Notes under the pieces: model-generated
What the model was told of the DNA's origin: nothing
The model's input: only the letters and a program-made list of their open reading frames with translations
Databases searched by the model: none
From: Candidatus Fimenecus sp.
Lineage (GTDB): Bacteria; Bacillota; Clostridia; Oscillospirales; Acutalibacteraceae
Assembly (NCBI GenBank): GCA_045613685.1
Contig: JAZLBL010000048.1
Span: 31,760-95,759, forward strand
DNA: 64,000 bases
Direction of reading: 5' to 3'
Program-made: the position numbers and the translations under genes
Shown: positions 27,868 to 36,240 of the stretch, in pieces
Layout of the letters: each line of letters starts with the position of its first letter
Numbering within the stretch: position 1 is the first letter of the stretch

Positions 27868-28088
27868 CACAAATTTGAATTTGTCTAACTGTTTTAAAAT
27901 TTATATCTCACCAAAACCAACCATCAAACAATGTAGGGGTCATTCACGAATGACCCGTTCCAAATGTGAGATGTAACCTTTACGGGCGATTCGTGAATCG
28001 CCCCTACAATAATTGCAACGCAGTTCCAAAATTATTCACTATTCATCATTCATTATTCATTAAAAACAATTCGACAAACTCCAATTTA
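27868..28088. repeat. MITE-like intergenic element, copy C
   Basis: Same termini, both hairpins and the TTCAT-rich tail as copy A. Its left flank module matches copy B. Confidence 0.85.
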
Positions 28089-28149
28089 TCAAATTGTTTT
28101 TCTTCTTGAATTTAACATATAACAATTGTATAATATTCTCGGTGATATT

Positions 28150-29274
28150 ATGGAACTTAAATTTAATAACGGAAAATTCAGAATAATGCAAATTGCCGAC
28201 ACACAAGATACAAGTTGGACTTCACCTGACACTGTGAATTTCATTCGTTGTGCACTTGAAAAGGCAAAACCTGATTTGGTTGTATTCAGTGGTGACCAGT
28301 TAAAGGGATATGGCATTACATTTAATATTGGTGACAGAAAAGCAAATCCAAAGATTGCAATTGATAATCTTTTGAAGCCGATTGATGAAATGGGTGTACC
28401 TTTTACATTTGTTTTCGGTAACCACGACGACCAGTGTGCTGCAAATAAAGAGCAACAGTTAGAGCTTTATAAGCAACACGAAAATTGTTTGGCTTTTAAT
28501 GCAGATGACAATATCGATGGCTATTGCAACCATAATCTTCTTGTTATGGGTGAAGATGGTACTCCAAAGCTCAATGTGCTTTTGATTGATAGTCTTTCGA
28601 TGAGTTTGAATGGTAGATGTAGTCCTGTGTCAGAAGGTCAGATTGAATGGTATAAAGGTCTTCGTGACGGGCTTAAAGAAAAACATGGTGACTATGTGCC
28701 AACCATAATGTTTCAACATATTCCTGTGCCTGAAATGTGGAATTTACTTATGGAAGTTCCAAAGAAGAAAGGCGTAGCAACAGGCTATCGTGACCACGCA
28801 GGCAAGTTCTTTGACTTAAACCCTGAATGTTGCGAAATCAATGACCATTCTTTTGTATGGGAAACCCCTGCCACACCTGAAGTGAATACAGGCGAATTTG
28901 ATGCTCTTAATGAAAAAGGCGATGTGTTTGCTATGTTCTTCGGCCACGACCATAACAACTCATTTGTGGGCGAATACAAGGGTATGAAAATGGGCTATAC
29001 ACAAGGCTGTGGATTCAATGTCTATGGTCCCGCAGATAAAAGGGGAGTGCGCATTTTCGATTTCGACGAAAATGATGTCAAGAACTTTGAAACAACAACA
29101 ATTGAGATTAAAGATTTGCCAGATTTTAAGGTGGAAAAGAAAATCCGTTATAATGCATATACTTATGCACCAAATAGCTTTGATGCAGCAATGCCGCTTA
29201 TAAAAGGCGCAGTCGCAGGTATCGTCGCAACAGTTGGACTTGTAACAGCAAGAAAAATATTGAAGAAGAAATAA
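28150..29274 (+). CDS. Calcineurin-like metallophosphoesterase with C-terminal membrane anchor
   Basis: MQIADTQD, FSGDQ, FGNHD, FQHIP and FGHDHNN motifs. C-terminal hydrophobic segment VAGIVATVGLVTA followed by RKILKKK. Confidence 0.8.
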   Translation: MELKFNNGKFRIMQIADTQDTSWTSPDTVNFIRCALEKAKPDLVVFSGDQLKGYGITFNIGDRKANPKIAIDNLLKPIDEMGVPFTFVFGNHDDQCAANKEQQLELYKQHENCLAFNADDNIDGYCNHNLLVMGEDGTPKLNVLLIDSLSMSLNGRCSPVSEGQIEWYKGLRDGLKEKHGDYVPTIMFQHIPVPEMWNLLMEVPKKKGVATGYRDHAGKFFDLNPECCEINDHSFVWETPATPEVNTGEFDALNEKGDVFAMFFGHDHNNSFVGEYKGMKMGYTQGCGFNVYGPADKRGVRIFDFDENDVKNFETTTIEIKDLPDFKVEKKIRYNAYTYAPNSFDAAMPLIKGAVAGIVATVGLVTARKILKKK

Positions 29275-29282
29275 TGTAGTAA

Positions 29283-29311
29283 GGGACGCCGAATCGGCGT
29301 CCCGTTTTTTT
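29283..29311 (+). terminator. Intrinsic terminator after the metallophosphoesterase gene
   Basis: GGGACGCCGA-A-TCGGCGTCCC followed by GTTTTTTT. Confidence 0.8.
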
Positions 29312-29317
29312 GTTAGA

Positions 29318-29512
29318 AAAATTGGGAGTTTGTCGAATTGATTTAATGAAAAGATATTCTCGGCTCCCCTTGTCAGGGGAGCTGTCGCGTAGCGACTGAG
29401 GGGTAGTCAAAATCCTATCTCTCCCTCCGTCACTCGCTTTGCTCGTGCCACCTCCCTCGTCAGAGGAAGGCGAAACAACGCTATTAAATCAATTAAACAA
29501 ATTCAAATTTGT
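29318..29512. repeat. Chimeric element, copy D: MITE termini enclosing an inverted pair of DUF559-type double-hairpin units
   Basis: Left end AAATTGGGAGTTTGTCGAATTGATTTAATGAA matches the reverse complement of the copy A right end. Right end ACAAATTCAAATTTG matches the reverse complement of the copy A left end. Interior units are at 29358-29403 (forward) and 29423-29472 (inverted). Confidence 0.75.
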
Positions 29513-29513
29513 T

Positions 29514-29560
29514 GACAAAAAACAACCACCCTGTTCAATGAACAAAACGAACAAGGTGGT
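29514..29560 (-). terminator. Intrinsic terminator after the 1032-aa gene
   Basis: ACCACCCTGTTC-N12-GAACAAGGTGGT (11 of 12 bp paired) with a T-run on the minus strand. Confidence 0.6.
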
Positions 29561-29565
29561 ACTTT

Positions 29566-32500
29566 TTATTTATTCAAAGGATAAGATTTTATTTCACCTG
29601 AATAGGTGCGATATTCTTTGCCTGTTTTATTATCAATAATATCAGCATAAACATAGAAGGTTGCTTTATTAAAATCGGGTCGCAACATATCGGGCGAAAT
29701 AATTATTTCAGGTGTTTGACTATCAATATATTTGTAAGCTGTTCCACCATAACTACCTTTTTCAGCAGGGTAACCAATTCTGAAACGCATTGTTCCGTTT
29801 TCAGGATAAAGCAGACAATCTAAAGTAATTTTTATATCACCATTTTCTAAAGTTTCTGCTTTAAGGTTTGCACAATCACCAACAATTTTCATTACAGGGT
29901 AATATCCGTCCATACTAGGATTAGAGCTATCACTGTTAACATTTGGGTCAGGATTCCAATATGAAATTATTGGTTTACTATAACCTGTTGTACCGGTTGG
30001 ATAAGTAACAGTATAATCTGTAATCTCGTAAGTTCTACCTACTTTATCAGTATGAAAAACTTTGTATGTGCCGTCAATAAGTCCATATCTTCGGTCAAAA
30101 CCAGCATTTTCATCGTTAAAAACAATTGTGCAAATGCGTTCAAGATATTCAGGAATAACAAAATATTTATATGTTGTTTTCAAATCGCCAATCGGACTAT
30201 GATAAATAATTGTTGCTTCTTTTTCACCTGGTGTTGATGTATCCCAACCTTCAATATCCCATTTTTTTATGTCATAAGATGAGTTACTGTATGTAGATAC
30301 ATAATCAATCTGTGATTGTTCAGCAGATGCAAAATCAATTTGTACTGATGGTTTTGTAGTGCCGACAGAATAATAATTATCATATTCTTTACGAGTATCT
30401 TTTAAATTTATAAAGAATGAATCTTCATAGCCTTCACTATATACACATAATTTTACTGTAAGACCGTTACCATTAGGATAGGTAACATATACTGGCAAAC
30501 AGGCTGATGTTGTTGGTCTGGATGGCAAATATCTTTTTACCCTATAATCAAAGATTTCTTCTTTTCTACCATCTTTATAATAAGCGTAAACATGTAATTT
30601 GTCATAGAATTCAGAATAAATGTCCTGAATATTTATTTTAAGATTTTTTGGTGCTTCTACTTGATAGTAGCTAGGTTTTTCTTTAATTGTTATTGTGTAT
30701 GAAAGGTCTTCTGCAATACCAGTCCTTTCCCAACGTTCTACAAAGTTGTATTTGCCATATATAGGTTCAACATTATAAAGATAAACTTTTGCTTCGTATG
30801 TGCCGAATTCAGTAATATAATTATCAGCACTTATTCGATATGTAACTGTTGATGAATCCACACAAACACAACTAAAACTTGTAATACCCATTGCTTGTAA
30901 TTCACTATCGGTACCACTTGAAAAGTTTACACTTGGGTCATTGATTGGATTATCATCAATCTCATATTTGATGTCTGCATAGGTTTCAAATTGACCATCA
31001 CCAACACACTTTGCAACGACAACATAAGGTCTGAAATTAAGTGGTGCATTTGCAATACCATCAGTAATTGGTCTTTCAATTACTGCATAGCCTGTGTCAC
31101 CATAGATATAGCCACCTACATAGTCGCAAAGGTATTCACCATCGTAAAAAAGCTCTAATTCAATAAAGCCGAGTTTATTTGGGTCATAGCCTTTAACCTC
31201 AACATCAAGATAAACATCTTGGTTTGAGTCATTCATTCTTGCACTAACAACATTAGTCATTGGGAATTCTTCGGGTGCATCATTTATATAATAAGTTTGC
31301 CAGATTCGTTCGTTTATGCTATATGAATGAATTTCTGATTTGATAATAACATCATACTTAAATGTTGCTGTCACATCACCATAAGCAAATGTGATTGTAT
31401 AGCCACTATATGATGATGGTCTTTCAGTTGACATTGTGCCGAATGTTTTAATTTCGCTGTCACCAAGAGCTTTTATTTCGTTTGTATTGTCGCTAAAATA
31501 AACCTTGATTTTGAACTCTGAAAAATCACATTCATCGTCAACATACATATAATACTGGTTATAATTGCTTGCATAATGCTTCATAGCAGTTGGAACTTTA
31601 TAAACTTCAAGTTTTTTAATAGTTTTTTCTTCAGGCACAGTATTATCATAAACAATAACATTGATAGTGAATTCCATTCCGTTAGGGGCGCGATAGGTGA
31701 GAGTCTGTGTTTCGTCCAAAAGTTCACTATTATATTCTGTAATAAGTGTTGCATCTTCGCAAGATATCCAAGGCGAAAATGTACCATCAGAATAAACATA
31801 ACGATATTTAACATTTTTAGTTACAGCAGGGTTTTCAGTACCCTTTGGCACAACAATATCTTTGCCAGTTGCACTACATTCAATATTTGTTATGGTTCTT
31901 GTCGCTTCGTCATTCTGTTCTGTTCTTGAAACATTTACCTTGAATGATGCTTTGAGCCCTTTATATTCAACTGTAACAGTCTGTTCACCGATTTTAAGAG
32001 AGTCAAAGCCTGTGATTCTGCATTTGTTAACATCAACAGATGTTCTTGCACCGTTGCTATAAACTGCCACAATATGCAATCCGTCAAGGTCTAATTTTTC
32101 TTGCCAGAGATATGAACGCTTGAAGTTATCACCAACAACAAGCTCAAGTTCCATAAGTGTTACTTCTTCAGGTTGCTCTGTTTCGTCGTCTGCTGGAAGC
32201 GTTGTGGTTTCGTCAACAGGGGATGTTGTGGATTCATCAGTATCTTCGGTTCCATTAAATGTGCCTATTAAGAATTGACCCACTTTCTGAACCATTTTTG
32301 AAAGTTCACCGACAAGAGTGGTGTTTTCGCTTTTTAAAAGAAGTTCGTTTGTGCCTGAACACAAGATTGCAATAACTGCAGCCCAAGCAGTAAGTTGCAT
32401 AAGTCGGTTTCGGTTATTGACTTTATTGATTACTCGTTTTGAAAAACCTGATGCATCGCCAAAAATCACGGGGAATATAATGCCTTTGTTTTCGTCTTCT

Positions 32501-32664
32501 GCTTGGTCTAATGATTCTATTGCCAAAACTAATTCATCAATAAGCTCGCAATCCATTTCGTCGCCCTTTGCCAACTCTTCGTCAATTAACGCATAAAGCT
32601 CATTTGTGAGCATTGATTTGAAATTGTTTTCATTAACAAGTTCTAAAACTTTTGAGTTAGTCAT
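29566..32664 (-). CDS. Putative anti-sigma factor / surface sensor: cytoplasmic N-domain, one TM, ~900-aa extracellular Ig-like (Big_3-type) repeat region
   Basis: Start overlaps the sigma gene stop by 8 nt. TM helix LMQLTAWAAVIAILCSG is at about residues 88-104, followed by an acidic T/E/D linker. Segments such as GEQTVTVEYKGLKASFKVNV resemble bacterial Ig-like domains. Confidence 0.55.
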   Translation of the reverse strand: MTNSKVLELVNENNFKSMLTNELYALIDEELAKGDEMDCELIDELVLAIESLDQAEDENKGIIFPVIFGDASGFSKRVINKVNNRNRLMQLTAWAAVIAILCSGTNELLLKSENTTLVGELSKMVQKVGQFLIGTFNGTEDTDESTTSPVDETTTLPADDETEQPEEVTLMELELVVGDNFKRSYLWQEKLDLDGLHIVAVYSNGARTSVDVNKCRITGFDSLKIGEQTVTVEYKGLKASFKVNVSRTEQNDEATRTITNIECSATGKDIVVPKGTENPAVTKNVKYRYVYSDGTFSPWISCEDATLITEYNSELLDETQTLTYRAPNGMEFTINVIVYDNTVPEEKTIKKLEVYKVPTAMKHYASNYNQYYMYVDDECDFSEFKIKVYFSDNTNEIKALGDSEIKTFGTMSTERPSSYSGYTITFAYGDVTATFKYDVIIKSEIHSYSINERIWQTYYINDAPEEFPMTNVVSARMNDSNQDVYLDVEVKGYDPNKLGFIELELFYDGEYLCDYVGGYIYGDTGYAVIERPITDGIANAPLNFRPYVVVAKCVGDGQFETYADIKYEIDDNPINDPSVNFSSGTDSELQAMGITSFSCVCVDSSTVTYRISADNYITEFGTYEAKVYLYNVEPIYGKYNFVERWERTGIAEDLSYTITIKEKPSYYQVEAPKNLKINIQDIYSEFYDKLHVYAYYKDGRKEEIFDYRVKRYLPSRPTTSACLPVYVTYPNGNGLTVKLCVYSEGYEDSFFINLKDTRKEYDNYYSVGTTKPSVQIDFASAEQSQIDYVSTYSNSSYDIKKWDIEGWDTSTPGEKEATIIYHSPIGDLKTTYKYFVIPEYLERICTIVFNDENAGFDRRYGLIDGTYKVFHTDKVGRTYEITDYTVTYPTGTTGYSKPIISYWNPDPNVNSDSSNPSMDGYYPVMKIVGDCANLKAETLENGDIKITLDCLLYPENGTMRFRIGYPAEKGSYGGTAYKYIDSQTPEIIISPDMLRPDFNKATFYVYADIIDNKTGKEYRTYSGEIKSYPLNK

Positions 32665-33229
32665 TAAAAATCCCCCTTTCTTTTAATTCTTGTTGAACCT
32701 TTTCTTCAACTTTTTGCCTTATTCTATAAAGCCTTGTGGTGACTGCAGTAACTGAAATTTTATATTCTTCTGCAATTTCACGCACGTTTTTATTTTCTAT
32801 GTACCTGCGTTTATAAATAATTCTTTCAGTATCGTTCATTTCACTCAATGCAGCATTGATAATTTCTTCTTCTGCTCTTACATCAAGATGCTGGAATATA
32901 TTGAATTCCTGCTCACTTGAAGTAGATAACAACTCTTCGCTGATTTTCTGTTGCTTTTTAGCATTGCGAAGATGCTCTTTGACGAGATTATCAACTGTTC
33001 TGTATAAAAATGCTTTCGGTTGTGAAAATTCTTCACCTTTCTTCATTTTGCGATAAATTACCATAAAAGCATCCTGAACACAGTCTTCTGCTGCAGTTTT
33101 GTCGTGTCCCGTTCTTAAATATGCATATTTATATAATAACTCTTTATATTGTCGACAATATTCTTCTAATAATTTGTCAATATTTTTCTTTTTATCGTGA
33201 GACAAGACACATCCTCCTTTCTTGACCAT
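32657..33229 (-). CDS. Sigma-70 family (ECF-like, regions 2 and 4 only) RNA polymerase sigma factor
   Basis: Region 2 is AEDCVQDAFMVIYRK...FLYRTVDNLVKEHLR. Region 4 HTH is NVREIAEEYKISVTAVTTRLYRIRQKV. The likely true start is TTG 33205 after AAAGGAGG. Confidence 0.8.
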   Translation of the reverse strand: MVKKGGCVLSHDKKKNIDKLLEEYCRQYKELLYKYAYLRTGHDKTAAEDCVQDAFMVIYRKMKKGEEFSQPKAFLYRTVDNLVKEHLRNAKKQQKISEELLSTSSEQEFNIFQHLDVRAEEEIINAALSEMNDTERIIYKRRYIENKNVREIAEEYKISVTAVTTRLYRIRQKVEEKVQQELKERGIFND

Positions 33230-33292
33230 TAACCGGTTTCATAAGGTAGTGACAAAACTGCAAAAATGTCACAAAAAAATTTTAAAAACTTA

Positions 33293-33320
33293 AAAAAATT
33301 CCCCGCAAAAGCGGGGATTT
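33293..33320 (-). terminator. Intrinsic terminator after the PPIase gene
   Basis: CCCCGC-TTTT-GCGGGG followed by AATTTTTTT, read on the minus strand. Confidence 0.7.
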
Positions 33321-33328
33321 AATTTTAT

Positions 33329-35047
33329 TTAAGCGTTTGATGATGCTGAATAAGCAAGAAGTTTTTCGATATGCTTTGTTTCAGCACTTACTGCCCATTT
33401 TAATGAGAGAGAGTTGACTTTGATTGATTCAAGAAGAACATCGATATTCTCTGCATAGAGCTTTTCGGTGGCTTCGTTGAGAATCATTGATTTAACGTTT
33501 TCTGTCCATGTAACGCCAATTGCCTTTGAATAGTACATTACGTGGTAACCATAATCTGTTTCAATAATACCTGTGTCGCCAGCTTTACGGCTTGCGTCAA
33601 GATACCAATCTTTGAAAGGTTGAACGAAGCTTGTGCTTGCATTCAAGTCTTCATAAAGACCACCATTATCTTTTGAGCCTGGGTCTTCAGATTTAGTTTT
33701 TGCAAGGTTTGCAAAGTTTTCTTCTGTTGGATTCTTGAGATATTCATCAAGAATAGCCTGTGCTTTTGCTTTATATGTTGCTTTTTCGCTTGCTGTGAGT
33801 TTCTTTGTGTTGCCTTCATCGTCTTCAGGGAAAGCAACAAGGATATGACGAACAGCATGTGAATATGTGCTCATATCTTTGTGTGGAAGAGTAACCATAT
33901 AAACAACTGCATAAGCACCATCGCCAAGGTCAACTACTGTTTTGTCGCCAACCTTACGAGTGTCATCATAAACCCATTTTGCACCGTCTTCGCTATACTG
34001 TTCGAGTTCAGCATATGTAGCATCGTTATAGTTTGTAACTTCGTCAGGGTCTTTTGTGCTCTTGTTGTCAGCAGTTAAGATTGCTTTTTTAGCTTCTGAA
34101 ATGAATGTTGCTTCGTCTTTAACGTTTGCAAGGAATGCGTCAGCTTTAGCTTTAGTTTCAGCATATGCCTTTTTAAGTGCTGCTTCTTTTTCTTCTGTTG
34201 TTGCGTCGTCAGCAAGTTTAGGTGTAGTTGTTGTGAACTCATAGTATCTGATATCTACAAGGTCAAAACTGTCTTTGTCAGCATTATACTTGTCGTTAAT
34301 CTGAGCTTCTGTAATTGCAGCAGTTGTATCTGCTTCATACTTTTCAAAATATTTCTGTGCAAGCATCTGCTCTTCAGTAATCTGACGAACAACTTTTTCG
34401 TCAATACCGTTACCTAACTGTGTGCGGAACCATCTGTCAAGAGAATAGTCATTTTTCTTTGCGTTTGTGCGTGCTGATTCAATTTCTGAATCAATTTCTT
34501 TCTTTTCAGCTTCTGTAAGTGTAATACCTTCTTTTTCTGCTAATGAAGAGAAATATTTAATCTCAACAAGTTGGTTTGTTGCAAGATATCTGATAGCATC
34601 TGCCCAAGTTGGTGTTTCAACGCCGATAGCGTCAAAGTCAAGACCAAGTGTTGAAGCAGTATCTTTTGTCAATGTCTGCTTAGCAGGAGACTTTGTATAG
34701 TCATAACCCATATCCATGCCATAATATGCATATTGTTGAGCTGTTGAGCAGAGATTGTTCCATACGTTGAAATAGAAGAAGTTAAATTCTGCAACTGTGA
34801 ATTTGCAAGCAGTGTCTTTTACATCAATCTTGATAACTTTCTGTGGAACACCAAAGAAATTAAGAATGCCACCAAATGCACCGATACCGATTGCAATAGC
34901 AAGAACGATAGCAATAACCTTGCCTACAATTTTCTTTGCTTTTGAGAGTTGTGGAGATTTCTTAGCCTTTTTCTCTGCTTCTTTTGCGAGTCTGGCTTTA
35001 CGCTCTTCACGATAAATCTCAGCCTGAGATTTGTTGTTGTTTTCCAT
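33329..35047 (-). CDS. Membrane-anchored parvulin-type peptidyl-prolyl isomerase (PrsA/SurA-like foldase)
   Basis: N-terminal TM (VIAIVLAIAIGIGAFGGIL). Parvulin core is VRHILVAF...SEDPGSKDNGGLYEDL...TDYGYHVMYY. ATG 35047 follows AAAGGTGG. Confidence 0.85.
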   Translation of the reverse strand: MENNNKSQAEIYREERKARLAKEAEKKAKKSPQLSKAKKIVGKVIAIVLAIAIGIGAFGGILNFFGVPQKVIKIDVKDTACKFTVAEFNFFYFNVWNNLCSTAQQYAYYGMDMGYDYTKSPAKQTLTKDTASTLGLDFDAIGVETPTWADAIRYLATNQLVEIKYFSSLAEKEGITLTEAEKKEIDSEIESARTNAKKNDYSLDRWFRTQLGNGIDEKVVRQITEEQMLAQKYFEKYEADTTAAITEAQINDKYNADKDSFDLVDIRYYEFTTTTPKLADDATTEEKEAALKKAYAETKAKADAFLANVKDEATFISEAKKAILTADNKSTKDPDEVTNYNDATYAELEQYSEDGAKWVYDDTRKVGDKTVVDLGDGAYAVVYMVTLPHKDMSTYSHAVRHILVAFPEDDEGNTKKLTASEKATYKAKAQAILDEYLKNPTEENFANLAKTKSEDPGSKDNGGLYEDLNASTSFVQPFKDWYLDASRKAGDTGIIETDYGYHVMYYSKAIGVTWTENVKSMILNEATEKLYAENIDVLLESIKVNSLSLKWAVSAETKHIEKLLAYSASSNA

Positions 35048-35249
35048 AGGAAAAACCACCTTTACATATCTTTATTTTAAGATTAAATAAAAAAGCAATA
35101 ACAAACAGGTACACTTTTTTACATTAATGTACCTATTTTATACTATTTTAAATAAATATACAAGTGGATTTTGAAAAATTAACATTTTATACAAAAAAGG
35201 ATGTTTTATTTTGACATACAATAATAATTAAGTTTTTTTCATTTTGTTA

Positions 35250-35278
35250 TTGTCAAAAAGGAAAAAATGCTATATAAT
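35250..35278 (+). promoter_or_regulatory. Candidate sigma-A promoter for the ROK/BNR operon
   Basis: TTGTCA (35250-35255), 17 nt, TATAAT (35273-35278). Confidence 0.45.
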
Positions 35279-35332
35279 TAACTTAATTATATATAACTTG
35301 TAAATGCAATCACATAACAAGGAGACGGTATT

Positions 35333-36238
35333 ATGAAAATTATAACATTTGATGTTGGTGGAACAGCTATTAAATTTGGTATGGTTGATGAAAATTTTGA
35401 GGTTATTTTCTCAGAAGAATTTCCAACAAACGAATTTGCAGATACTGACAATATGGTAATGTATGCAATGGAGTCAAAACTCAGAGAATATGAGGGTGAG
35501 TATGACGCTATTGGTATTTCAACTGCAGGTCAGGTCGATTTTGATAACGGCATGATTCATGATGGCGTTGGTAATATTCCTAATTATAACCATTCAGACC
35601 TTCGTGGTACATTTGAAAGAATATTTAATGTTCCTGTTGCAGTTGATAATGATGTTAACTGTGCAGCAATCGGTGAAGCTCATTTTGGTGCAGCAAAAGG
35701 AGTAAAAGATTTCCTTTGCCTTACTTATGGCACAGGTGTTGGTGGTTGCAGTTTTATTAATGGTGATGTTTATCGTGGTTCAAAATATGCAGCAGGCGAA
35801 TTCGGTCATATGGCAACTCATAAAGACGGCAGACCTTGCACTTGTGGCAGAATTGGTTGTTATGAAGCTTATGCTGCTTGTCGTGTATTTACAAAAGCAG
35901 TTTCAGACCGTATGGGCAAAGTAATGAATGGTAGAGAAATTTTCAAAGAAGAAAATCTTAAAAATCCTATCATTATGGAAGAAATGGATAAATGGGAAGA
36001 CGAAATCGCATTAGGTCTTCGTAATCTTTGCTACATCTTTAATCCATCACTTATCGTGCTTGGTGGTGGCATTATGTCAGAAATTTTGCTTCTTGGTCAT
36101 ATCCGTCATAAAGTTAATATGCAGCTTGAACCAAACTATAAGCACGTAAAAATTGAAAAAGCATTGCTTGGTAACAAAGCAGGTATGCTTGGTGCTGCTT
36201 GGCTTGCAAGTGAAAGATTAAAGACTTGGAAAAGATAA
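35333..36238 (+). CDS. ROK-family sugar kinase
   Basis: KIITFDVGGTAIKFG ATP-binding N-terminus, GEFGH, and zinc motif CTCGRIGCYEAY. Confidence 0.85.
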   Translation: MKIITFDVGGTAIKFGMVDENFEVIFSEEFPTNEFADTDNMVMYAMESKLREYEGEYDAIGISTAGQVDFDNGMIHDGVGNIPNYNHSDLRGTFERIFNVPVAVDNDVNCAAIGEAHFGAAKGVKDFLCLTYGTGVGGCSFINGDVYRGSKYAAGEFGHMATHKDGRPCTCGRIGCYEAYAACRVFTKAVSDRMGKVMNGREIFKEENLKNPIIMEEMDKWEDEIALGLRNLCYIFNPSLIVLGGGIMSEILLLGHIRHKVNMQLEPNYKHVKIEKALLGNKAGMLGAAWLASERLKTWKR

Positions 36239-36240
36239 TT

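Noticed and set aside
26062-27888. Series of 70-170-aa alternative-frame and antisense ORFs inside pck
   Set aside because: These are shadow ORFs within a strongly supported 599-aa PEPCK gene. They have skewed Q/L/T composition and no RBS.
7678-29512. Possible CRISPR array formed by the repeated hairpins
   Set aside because: The repeats are not regularly spaced and are not separated by unique spacers of uniform length. They occur as isolated 200-bp elements many kb apart, and no cas genes are present.
33230-33292. GTGACA-N13-TGTCAC inverted repeat upstream of the sigma gene as an ECF autoregulatory site
   Set aside because: I could not identify a convincing GAAC...CGTC-type ECF promoter, and a single 6-bp inverted repeat in AT-rich DNA is weak evidence.
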